Shown here: positions 56,439 through 64,000 of the stretch, in pieces
Numbering within the stretch: the first letter of the stretch is position 1
Layout: every line of letters starts with the position of its first letter
Assembly: GCA_003635195.1 (NCBI GenBank)
Contig: PYIY01000203.1
Location: 781-64,780 of the forward strand
Reading direction: 5' to 3'
DNA: 64,000 nucleotides
DNA from: Candidatus Poribacteria bacterium
GTDB taxonomy: Bacteria > Poribacteria > WGA-4E > WGA-3G
Translations under genes and position numbers: made by a program
Notes under the pieces: generated by a model
Told to the model about the DNA's origin: nothing
Seen by the model: the letters and a program-made list of their open reading frames with translations, nothing else
The model's database searches: none

Positions 56439-58346
56439 ATGAAAACGGCACTGTTTTCTATCTTTTTGATACTGTTTGTCCTCTTAATTGGATATCTGCC
56501 AAATACCTATGCCCAAGACTACACACGATGGAAATTACCGGAAGGTGCGATAGCGCGCCTTGGTAAAGGTCCAGTAAGGGATATTGCATTTTATCCAGAT
56601 GGCACGCATTTCGCTGTCGCCAGTTCCATCGGTATTTGGTTATATAATACTGATACTTATCAAGAGGCGGCATTATTAACAGGGCATACGGGATATTTTG
56701 AAGTTGGAGCTTTAACCATCAGTTCAGATGGCCGCACGTTGGCCGCAGCGAGTGGTAATACAATCCGTCTGTGGGATACTGCAACCAGTGAACTCGAAAA
56801 AACACTTACAGCAGACAGCAGAGAAGGCATCTCCAGTTTAGCGTTTAGCTCTGATGGACAAACACTCGCAAGTGCAAGTTGGGATGAAGTTATCCGTCTG
56901 TGGGATATTAACACTGGTGAACTCCGAAAAACTCTCAGAGGACATACGGATCCTAACCCCAATTTTGCAATTGGGCCCAGTGTGGTATTCAGGTTTGATG
57001 ATCAAACGCTGGTAAGTGGAGGTGAGGACGGAACTATCCGTCTGTGGGATCCAGGAACAGGTGAACTCCGAAATACAATAAAAGGACATACAGATAAAGT
57101 CACCAGTGTAGTGTTCAGTCCTGACGGTCAGACGTTGGTAAGTGGAGGTGGGGACGGAATGATCCACCTCTGGAATCCTATAACCGGTGAACTCCAGAAA
57201 ACTCTCAGAGGACATCACAGGGATATCAACAACATAGTGTTCAGCCCTGATGGACAAACACTGGTGAGCGCGAGTATGGATGGGAGCGTCCGTCTATGGA
57301 ATGCTACAACCGGCAAATTCCGCCACCGTAAGACTTTCAGGGATGCCAGAGGCTTTATTGGAAATGTAGTCTTCAGTGCTGATGGACAAACACTCGCTTG
57401 CGGTAGTACGGAAGCAATCTGGTTGTGGGACGCTGCCTCAGGCGAACCTCAAACGACAATTACTGGACATACGTGGTACCTATACAGTGTAGTGTTCAGT
57501 CCTGATGGACAGACGATCGCTTGCGGAAGTGGGGATGGTAGCCATCTGTGGGATGCCGAAACTCATGAACTTCGGAGAACCATTCTGGAACCAAGTTTGA
57601 ATGTCATCAGTGTGGCTTTTAGTCCCGATGGACAGACCTTGGCGAGTGGTGGCTCGTCCGACATCCATCTGTGGAATCCTGCAACTGGTGAACTCCGAGC
57701 AGAACTTGAAGGGCACGGTGCTTATATCCGCAGCGTTGCATTCAGTCCTGACGGTCAAATGTTAGCAAGTGGCGCGGATGACAAAACCGTTCGCCTATGG
57801 AATGCTACGACTGGTGAACTTCAAAAAACAATTACTGAACATACTGGTGCTGTCTGGAGTGTTGCATTCAGTTCTGATGGTCAAACGTTAGCAACTGGTG
57901 GGAACGACGAAACCATCCGCCTCTGGGACCGCGCAACCGGTGAACTCCAGAAAACAATCACTGGATATACGGGATGGGTCTTCAGTTTGGCATTTAGTCC
58001 TAATGGACAGACCTTGGCGAGTGGGAATAGAACAGGTATTATCTCCTTATGGGATGCCGTAACCGGAGCACACCGCGAAACGCTCACAGGACACACATAT
58101 ACAGTTGCGGACATCACATTCAGTCCTGATGGACAGACCTTGGCGAGTGGAAGTCAGGACGGAACTATTCACTTATGGGATACCACAACGGGCGAACTTA
58201 AAAAAACATTCAGAGGACACATGAGGGGTGTTGATGGCGTAGCGTTTAGTCCTGACGGTCAAACGCTGGCAAGCGGCAGTAGTGATGGAACCATACTGCT
58301 GTGGGATCCGACATTCATGACCAGCGTTCCACCCGATCAAAAATAA
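56439..58346 (+). CDS. WD40 repeat protein (~14 blades) with N-terminal signal/anchor
   Basis: Start at MKTALFSIFLILFVLLIGYL. It carries ~42-aa units of GHT..V.SVAFSPDGQTLASGS.DGTIRLWD..TGEL.KTL. Confidence 0.9.
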   Translation: MKTALFSIFLILFVLLIGYLPNTYAQDYTRWKLPEGAIARLGKGPVRDIAFYPDGTHFAVASSIGIWLYNTDTYQEAALLTGHTGYFEVGALTISSDGRTLAAASGNTIRLWDTATSELEKTLTADSREGISSLAFSSDGQTLASASWDEVIRLWDINTGELRKTLRGHTDPNPNFAIGPSVVFRFDDQTLVSGGEDGTIRLWDPGTGELRNTIKGHTDKVTSVVFSPDGQTLVSGGGDGMIHLWNPITGELQKTLRGHHRDINNIVFSPDGQTLVSASMDGSVRLWNATTGKFRHRKTFRDARGFIGNVVFSADGQTLACGSTEAIWLWDAASGEPQTTITGHTWYLYSVVFSPDGQTIACGSGDGSHLWDAETHELRRTILEPSLNVISVAFSPDGQTLASGGSSDIHLWNPATGELRAELEGHGAYIRSVAFSPDGQMLASGADDKTVRLWNATTGELQKTITEHTGAVWSVAFSSDGQTLATGGNDETIRLWDRATGELQKTITGYTGWVFSLAFSPNGQTLASGNRTGIISLWDAVTGAHRETLTGHTYTVADITFSPDGQTLASGSQDGTIHLWDTTTGELKKTFRGHMRGVDGVAFSPDGQTLASGSSDGTILLWDPTFMTSVPPDQK

Positions 58347-58366
58347 AAAATTGTGTTTTACTGGGT

Positions 58367-59368
58367 TCAACGCACACCGACGGCCTTGCGGACCTTCGCC
58401 AGAATTGGCCCCGCGATAGCGCGTGCTTTTTTTGCGCCTTCTGCAAGTATTTTATCCAATTCATCGGTATTGTCCATCAGCGCATTATACCGGTCGCGTT
58501 TGTCGGAAAAAGTGGATTCCAGTAACTCGAATAGTTCCTGTTTCATTGCGCCATACGCGAGTCCACCCTCAAGATATAATTCCCGCTTTGCAGCAACGGC
58601 ATCGGCATCGGCGAAGTGCTGATAGATTGCAAAGATGTTACACGCATCCGGGTCTTTGGGTTCTTCGGGTCGCTTGGAATCGGTTACAATACGCTTAACA
58701 GGTTTAAGCACTTGGTTCGATGGTGCGAAGATCGGGATGACGTTGTTATAACTTTTGCTCATCTTTCTACCATCAATACCGGGGATAGTCATCACCTCTT
58801 TCCGAATGACGGCTTCTGGGATCGTCAAGACGTTGCCATAGGTATTATTGAAGGTCAGCGCGACATCGCGCGTAATTTCGAGGTGTTGTTGTTGGTCAAG
58901 CCCCACTGGCACAACATGTGTACCAAAGAGTAGGATATCTGCCGCCATCAAAACAGGGTAGGTAAAAAGCCCAATGTTAATGTTCTTGTCCTCTTCGCGC
59001 CCCTCAGCAATGTTGTCGTCAACTATCGCTTTGTAGGCGTGTGAGCGGTTCAGCAAGCCTTTTGCTGTGAAACAGGACAATACCCACGCCAACTCAAACA
59101 CTTCAGGGATATCCGATTGCCGGTAGATGATTGCTTCATCGGGATTTAACCCCAATGCTATCCATGTTGCTGTTGCTTGGTAGGTGAGATTGGTCAACTC
59201 TTTTCGATCTCTGACTGTGGTCAAGGCGTGATAATCCGGTATGAAATAGAGTGCCTGATACTTTTCTGCCAGTTCCAGCGCCGGTCTAATCATACCGAGG
59301 TAATTTCCGATATGCGGGGGACCTGTCGGTTTGAGTCCTGTTAAAGTAATCTGTTCCAATTTTTCCAT
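58367..59368 (-). CDS. trpS: tryptophan--tRNA ligase
   Basis: TGLKPTGPPHIGNYLG (HIGH-type) and KMSKS. 333 aa. Confidence 0.93.
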   Translation of the reverse strand: MEKLEQITLTGLKPTGPPHIGNYLGMIRPALELAEKYQALYFIPDYHALTTVRDRKELTNLTYQATATWIALGLNPDEAIIYRQSDIPEVFELAWVLSCFTAKGLLNRSHAYKAIVDDNIAEGREEDKNINIGLFTYPVLMAADILLFGTHVVPVGLDQQQHLEITRDVALTFNNTYGNVLTIPEAVIRKEVMTIPGIDGRKMSKSYNNVIPIFAPSNQVLKPVKRIVTDSKRPEEPKDPDACNIFAIYQHFADADAVAAKRELYLEGGLAYGAMKQELFELLESTFSDKRDRYNALMDNTDELDKILAEGAKKARAIAGPILAKVRKAVGVR

Positions 59369-59415
59369 CCTCCTTTTTGTTCCTCACTTTATTATACCCC
59401 GCTCAGGCGGATATG

Positions 59416-60231
59416 TCAATCGGACCACTGAATTTCAACAACATCACCCCACTTTAACCCTAAACCCACTTCGGCACTTCCTCCATTTATAGCGATTTCT
59501 AACACCCCAAGGCTCCCGATAATTGCCAGAGGCTCGCCGACTGTAGATTCGGCGTAGGCACGGTTGAGGCGCGTAAGCCGCGTATCCGCAACTCTAATGT
59601 CATAAGCAGATGCTGCCTCGGTCAGCGTCCTTTCCGAGATATTTGTTATCGCATTTCCAAATCTGTCAAGTTTGATGATCTGCCCGATTATTCTGTTCTT
59701 AGACACTTGTGGTGTCAGTATCGGGAATTCAACGAGATCTTGTACCGACGGACCGATATTTGTAAGCGGCACACCCAGCGATAAATGCGCAGCGACGGGT
59801 GCAAAAATATCTCTGCCGTGAAATGTGTCGCTTATCTCCGGTAGAAAGTAACTTGCGTTCTGGATCGCCACCGCATTCATCGGGAATGCCGTGTTGTTGC
59901 CAATATCCTGCAGCACATAACTCAATACCCCGTTATCTGGGCAGACGAAAAAGGTGTCCTCTATTTCGCAAACGATCGCCTGCCGATGGGTCCCTACTCC
60001 CGGATCTACGACGATCGTATGAATCGCGTTTTTCGGAAAATAGCGGTAGGCAGAATAGATTGTGAAAGCCGCTTCGTGAATGTCCTGTGGCGGAATGGCA
60101 TGCGTAAGATCAACCACCTGCACGCCTGGGTTGATACCGAGGATCACTCCCTTCATGATCCCGACATAAGCATCACTTGTGCCAAAGTCGGTTGTTAGTG
60201 TGATGATACGCGATGGGGCGTTCATTAGCAA
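59416..60231 (-). CDS. SAM hydrolase / SAM-dependent halogenase family (DUF62)
   Basis: ITLTTDFGTSDAYVGIMKGVI and DTFHGRDIFAPVAA blocks. Confidence 0.85.
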   Translation of the reverse strand: MLMNAPSRIITLTTDFGTSDAYVGIMKGVILGINPGVQVVDLTHAIPPQDIHEAAFTIYSAYRYFPKNAIHTIVVDPGVGTHRQAIVCEIEDTFFVCPDNGVLSYVLQDIGNNTAFPMNAVAIQNASYFLPEISDTFHGRDIFAPVAAHLSLGVPLTNIGPSVQDLVEFPILTPQVSKNRIIGQIIKLDRFGNAITNISERTLTEAASAYDIRVADTRLTRLNRAYAESTVGEPLAIIGSLGVLEIAINGGSAEVGLGLKWGDVVEIQWSD

Positions 60232-61032
60232 TTATAGGTTTGCCTGCATCCAAGCAAAGCTTTTCCGCTGACCTGTGCCATCGTTTTCTCTACCCTCATA
60301 CTCGCAGCACCAGACCCCGTCGTAGCCCGCCTCTCTCAAGCAGCGGATTGCCTTCGCGAGATCTATTTCACCTTCGCCGAGTGCCTCGCCGCGATAATCA
60401 CCACGTGAACCTGTTCCATCTTTCAGATGTGTGTGCAATGTATATGGCGCGACGATTTCATAGTATCTGCCTACTGTCTCTAAATCGTGACCTGCCCAGC
60501 GGTAATTCATGGTATCCATATTCGCGCCGACATATTTAGAACCGACCTGTTCAAAGAGTTCTACCTGCAAATCGCCATCGTTTGTGACGATACCGTGGTT
60601 ATCTACCGCCAAGTAGACCTCGTCACGTTCAGCAAATTCGAGGCATCGCTTTAGGCAGCCCGCCATCGCTTCGACCCACCGACTTTCCGGGACGGCATCT
60701 TTCGCGGCACCGCCTTCTGTACGGAGTACTGAAGTGCCAAGCAGTTTAGCGAGTCCTGCAATCCGTTCCATCCGGTCAACTTGGGAACGGATCGTCTCTT
60801 CTTCGAGCACGACAAAATCGTTCCCAGCTGCGAGTGCCGAAACTTGCAAGTTATAACCTTCAACTTGTGCTCTTACGGCTTCGGCGTTCTTTTCAGGATC
60901 AGCCGTTTCTGAATTCCATACATCACCGATCTGGAGTTCAACATAACCGAAGCCTGTTTCACTCGTAAATTTCAGGAAATCGTCAAGCGATTTGCTTGCG
61001 TAGTTGTAGTGAATAAGTCCTAATTTCGACAT
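60232..61032 (-). CDS. sugar phosphate isomerase/epimerase (xylose-isomerase-like TIM barrel)
   Basis: GFGYVELQ, HTHLKD and CCEYE blocks. 266 aa. Confidence 0.8.
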   Translation of the reverse strand: MSKLGLIHYNYASKSLDDFLKFTSETGFGYVELQIGDVWNSETADPEKNAEAVRAQVEGYNLQVSALAAGNDFVVLEEETIRSQVDRMERIAGLAKLLGTSVLRTEGGAAKDAVPESRWVEAMAGCLKRCLEFAERDEVYLAVDNHGIVTNDGDLQVELFEQVGSKYVGANMDTMNYRWAGHDLETVGRYYEIVAPYTLHTHLKDGTGSRGDYRGEALGEGEIDLAKAIRCLREAGYDGVWCCEYEGRENDGTGQRKSFAWMQANL

Positions 61033-61138
61033 AAATTAATCTGCTCCTCTTTGCGTAGCTGTATAGACCTCTATTGGTAGACGTGCTTTGGCAACGCTCA
61101 GATTGATGGTGTATCCTTAATTGTAAAATCTATTGTAA

Positions 61139-61173
61139 TTGCTGACAGCCAACTGTTGACAACTGATAACTCA
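61139..61173. repeat. heptanucleotide tandem repeat
   Basis: TTGCTGA CAGCCAA CTGTTGA CAACTGA TAACTCA. It shares CTGATAAC with the complement of 7847-7867. Confidence 0.45.
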
Positions 61174-61181
61174 AAAAAGAC

Positions 61182-61210
61182 TTGCATCTTTAAGGTCGTT
61201 ATGCTATAAT
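61182..61210 (+). promoter_or_regulatory. sigma-70 promoter with extended -10
   Basis: TTGCAT (61182-61187), a 17-nt spacer, then TG-C-TATAAT (61202-61210). Confidence 0.65.
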
Positions 61211-61314
61211 ACCTGTAGTCAGATACAAGTGTCAAGTAATTTTTCACTTTATTATAGCAAGTTTTGGCTTGCGAGTTTCGCCAAGAATTGAGAATCGACT
61301 CAGGATAAAAAATA

Positions 61315-62451
61315 ATGGAGCACTATAGTCGTTTTACGGACCCGAAATTGCCTGCTATCTATAAAAAAGTCAAGGCAGAAGAGCGGCTCTCTTTTGAGGA
61401 AGGGGTCGCACTTTATGAAAGCCCGGATATTACCGGTGTTGGGTTCATTGCTAACCATGTCCGTGAACGTTTAAATGGGAACGTTGCCTACTATAATATC
61501 AATCAACACATCGACTATTCAAATGTTTGTATCCTTCATGCCCGGTGCCACTTCTGTGCTTTTGCACGAAAAAACATGCAAACCGAGGGCGCGTGGGAAA
61601 TGAGCGTTGATGAATTTTTGGATAAAGCGATGTATTCCATAGAAAACGGATGCACCGAAATTCACAGTGTCGGCGGATTGCACCCTAAACTGCCGTTTGA
61701 TTATTACCTCGATATTATCCGTGGTCTCAAAGAGCGGATGCCACAGGTACACCTCAAATTCTTCACAGCTGTCGAAATTCACCACTTCTCACGCATCTTT
61801 AAAATGTCGGTGGAGGCAGTTTTAATGGCACTGCGTGAAGCAGGTTTAGACTCCTTACCGGGTGGCGGTGCTGAGATTTTTGCGGAGGCGACGCGTGAGA
61901 AAATTTGTCCAGGAAAACTCAGTGCTGACGGTTGGTTAGAGATTCACGAGATAGCCCATCGCCTCGGTATCTCTACAAACGCCACGATGCTGTATGGACA
62001 TCTTGAGACGAACGAAGATCGGGTAGACCATCTGATACGACTCCGGGAACAACAAGATAAATCTGGTGGCTTTGTGACGTTTATTCCGCTCGCTTTCCAC
62101 CCTGCTAATACGCGTATGGCATATCTGCCTTCAACAACGGGATTAACAGATCTCAGGAACATCGCGGTCGCACGCTTGATGCTTGATAACGTCCCGCATA
62201 TTAAAGTCTATTGGATTATGACCGGTTTGAAAACTGCCCAAGTTGCGCTCCGTTTTGGTGCTGACGACATTGATGGGACCGTGACCGAGGAAAAAATTAC
62301 ACACATGGCAGGTGCGGATACGCCGGAATCAGTTTCCGTTTCGTCGTTAACGCACCTCATTGAGGAAGCCGGCTTCGTTCCTGTTGAGCGCGATACGCTG
62401 TACAATGAAATCATTCGAGAGGGGGATCGGTGGTACAGAAAAGCCGCTTAA
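61315..62451 (+). CDS. radical-SAM menaquinone (futalosine pathway) enzyme, MqnE/MqnC family
   Basis: CofH/MqnE-like N-terminus and cluster motif NVCILHARCHFCAF. 378 aa. It is adjacent to mqnA. Confidence 0.75.
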   Translation: MEHYSRFTDPKLPAIYKKVKAEERLSFEEGVALYESPDITGVGFIANHVRERLNGNVAYYNINQHIDYSNVCILHARCHFCAFARKNMQTEGAWEMSVDEFLDKAMYSIENGCTEIHSVGGLHPKLPFDYYLDIIRGLKERMPQVHLKFFTAVEIHHFSRIFKMSVEAVLMALREAGLDSLPGGGAEIFAEATREKICPGKLSADGWLEIHEIAHRLGISTNATMLYGHLETNEDRVDHLIRLREQQDKSGGFVTFIPLAFHPANTRMAYLPSTTGLTDLRNIAVARLMLDNVPHIKVYWIMTGLKTAQVALRFGADDIDGTVTEEKITHMAGADTPESVSVSSLTHLIEEAGFVPVERDTLYNEIIREGDRWYRKAA

Positions 62452-63269
62452 GGGTAGGCGCGGTTTCGTTTCTGAACACCAAACCGCTCATCTATCCCCT
62501 GTTAAACAAGGAAATCCAAACGGATATTGCGCTCAGTGTTAATGTACCGAGCCGTGTTGCTGCGCTTTTAAGTGAAGGTGAACTTGATGTCGGACTGATT
62601 CCGATTATCGAATATTTTCGCGCGAATCCTTCTGACCCGAATTACTGTATTCTACCTGACATATCAATTGCATCGCACGGGAGCGTCCGAAGCATCCAAC
62701 TGTTCAGTCGTGTGCCAATTCAAGACATTCGACGCGTTGCCCTTGATACCAGTTCACGCACCTCCGTCGCGCTCTTAAAGGTCCTGCTCGCTGAAAGATA
62801 TGGTGTTTCACCCGCGTTCACAACATGTGCCCCGACAGTAATTCCAAGCACAGCACTTCAAAATCGTCAGTATCCACCTTTTGAGGCGGTCCTCTTGATT
62901 GGAGACCCCGCACTCAGACACCTCGGTTCAACGGAATATAGTGTTGATCTCGGTGAGGCGTGGTATAAGTTAACGGGGTTGCCGTTCGTCTATGCCTGTT
63001 GGGTGGCAAGAGAAGAGGCGTGCCTCGGGGATTTAACGCAGGTATTGCTGCAATCAAAAGAACGTGGGGTCGCACAAATTCCAGAGATCGCACGGATTGA
63101 GGCGCAGAAGTTAGGTTTACCTGAAACACTTTGCCTCGACTATCTGGAAAATCGTATCAAATATGACCTTGACGTATCTGCAATTGATGGTATTGAACTC
63201 TTTTATAAGTATGCTGTAAAAAACGATCTTGCGCCGCCATGCCGTTCTCTTACTTTTAAATCCTGCTGA
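62430..63269 (+). CDS. mqnA: chorismate dehydratase (futalosine pathway)
   Basis: LRVGAVSFLNTKPLIYPL start and GLPFVYACW block. GTG start overlaps the previous gene by 22 nt. Confidence 0.8.
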   Translation: MVQKSRLRVGAVSFLNTKPLIYPLLNKEIQTDIALSVNVPSRVAALLSEGELDVGLIPIIEYFRANPSDPNYCILPDISIASHGSVRSIQLFSRVPIQDIRRVALDTSSRTSVALLKVLLAERYGVSPAFTTCAPTVIPSTALQNRQYPPFEAVLLIGDPALRHLGSTEYSVDLGEAWYKLTGLPFVYACWVAREEACLGDLTQVLLQSKERGVAQIPEIARIEAQKLGLPETLCLDYLENRIKYDLDVSAIDGIELFYKYAVKNDLAPPCRSLTFKSC

Positions 63270-63272
63270 AAG

Positions 63273-63782
63273 GTGTGGAAGATGGAAACTGTTGATAAAT
63301 CCACTGATAATATTGAGTTTGAAAAGCAGTTTGAGGACTATCTGAAAAGTTGTGGACTCCGTTTAACACAAAAGCGATTGGATGTTTTAAACCAAGTCTT
63401 CGACTATCCGGGCCATTTCCAAACAGAAGACCTTTTGGTTCAGATGCGTCGAAACGGCTACTTAGTCTCGCGACCGACGATCTATCGAACGCTCCCTCTG
63501 CTTGTGCAAAGTGGGTTGTTAACAGAATTTATTGACGCGCAGAAAAACACCCGCTATGAGAGCATCCATTCGTTGCGGGAACATGCACACCTTATCTGTC
63601 TACGGTGCAATCAGATTGTTGAGTTTAAAGAGCCGGGGATTGATGACTTACAAAAGGCGGTGTGTGAAGCGCACAACTTTAAAGCCGTGCGCTTCCGTAA
63701 TGAGATCATCGGTTATTGTGCGGAATGCCAAGCGGAGTTAGAGCCAAAAACATCTGATGAAGATGATGGAACTACTGCTTAA
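63273..63782 (+). CDS. Fur-family metalloregulator
   Basis: LRLTQKRLDVL..RPTIYRTL winged helix. HAHLICLRC and CAEC metal sites. Confidence 0.85.
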   Translation: MWKMETVDKSTDNIEFEKQFEDYLKSCGLRLTQKRLDVLNQVFDYPGHFQTEDLLVQMRRNGYLVSRPTIYRTLPLLVQSGLLTEFIDAQKNTRYESIHSLREHAHLICLRCNQIVEFKEPGIDDLQKAVCEAHNFKAVRFRNEIIGYCAECQAELEPKTSDEDDGTTA

Positions 63783-64000
63783 GCTGTGCCCACGTTGTGG
63801 TGAGTAGCCCTTCAGGATTCACGTCCGTAGCCCCTGCTTCGGCATTCTCGTAATCTGCGTCTGTCGGTTCATAGTCCAAATCACTTGACCAGCAGAAAAC
63901 GTCGTATTGCGTCTGGTTCGAGCTCTGTCGTGTCCATATCATCATGACGTTTTCCCCGTCTTGTAATGTGTTGACCGTGCCACCATCCTTTCCAAAATCG
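63772..64000 (-). CDS. 3' end of a further tail-bearing protein (..VNPEGLLTTTWAQLKQ*), 5' part off-window
   Basis: My own translation of the minus strand gives an open frame from 64000 to the TAG at 63772-63774. The ORF is absent from the track because it has no long Met-initiated segment. It overlaps the Fur-gene 3' end by 11 nt. Confidence 0.6.
   Translation of the reverse strand, partial: DFGKDGGTVNTLQDGENVMMIWTRQSSNQTQYDVFCWSSDLDYEPTDADYENAEAGATDVNPEGLLTTTWAQLKQ

Overview
This is a gene-dense 64-kb chromosomal segment with about 60 credible CDS on both strands. It comes from an environmental diderm bacterium, judged from kdsB for KDO activation, a beta-barrel OMP, and the futalosine-route menaquinone genes mqnA, mqnE/C-like and UbiD-like. 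I found no rRNA, tRNA or CRISPR array. Housekeeping anchors are pyrG, kdsB, polA, trpS, a glpD-like gene, liv-type and Bmp-type ABC transporter parts, TRAP dctQM, a Fur-family regulator and an RRM RNA-binding protein. Accessory content includes the 3' end of an IS3-like transposase abutting a sigma-54-activator remnant, followed by a repeat array and a near-consensus sigma-54 promoter. It also includes a PhnY/PhnZ-like oxidative phosphonate pair next to two more PhyH dioxygenases and a secreted metallophosphoesterase, and two tandem LarA-like genes fused into a pyrG-TRAP operon. Further accessory genes are a DUF3990 (ART-like) gene with a small partner, a 2-TM protein ATGA-coupled to a proline-rich peptide, a Schlafen/AlbA_2 ATPase, and secreted WD40 and TPR proteins. 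The most striking signal is that nine signal-peptide proteins of different folds all end in the same short tail, KL[AT][TV]TW[GA]xLK plus 1-4 residues. I cannot assign this tail to any named sorting signal. The set includes an 858-bp-period tandem triplication and one copy interrupted by an in-frame TGA at a conserved Trp codon. Intergenic DNA carries several families of short dispersed repeats: hairpin/MITE-like mosaics, heptamer and decamer arrays, and tandem stem-loops with compensatory changes. The many PhyH, WD40, TPR and LamG genes are reminiscent of Poribacteria-like or other uncultured lineages, but that is only an impression. All functional calls rest on motif recognition by eye in the supplied translations; no database search was possible.
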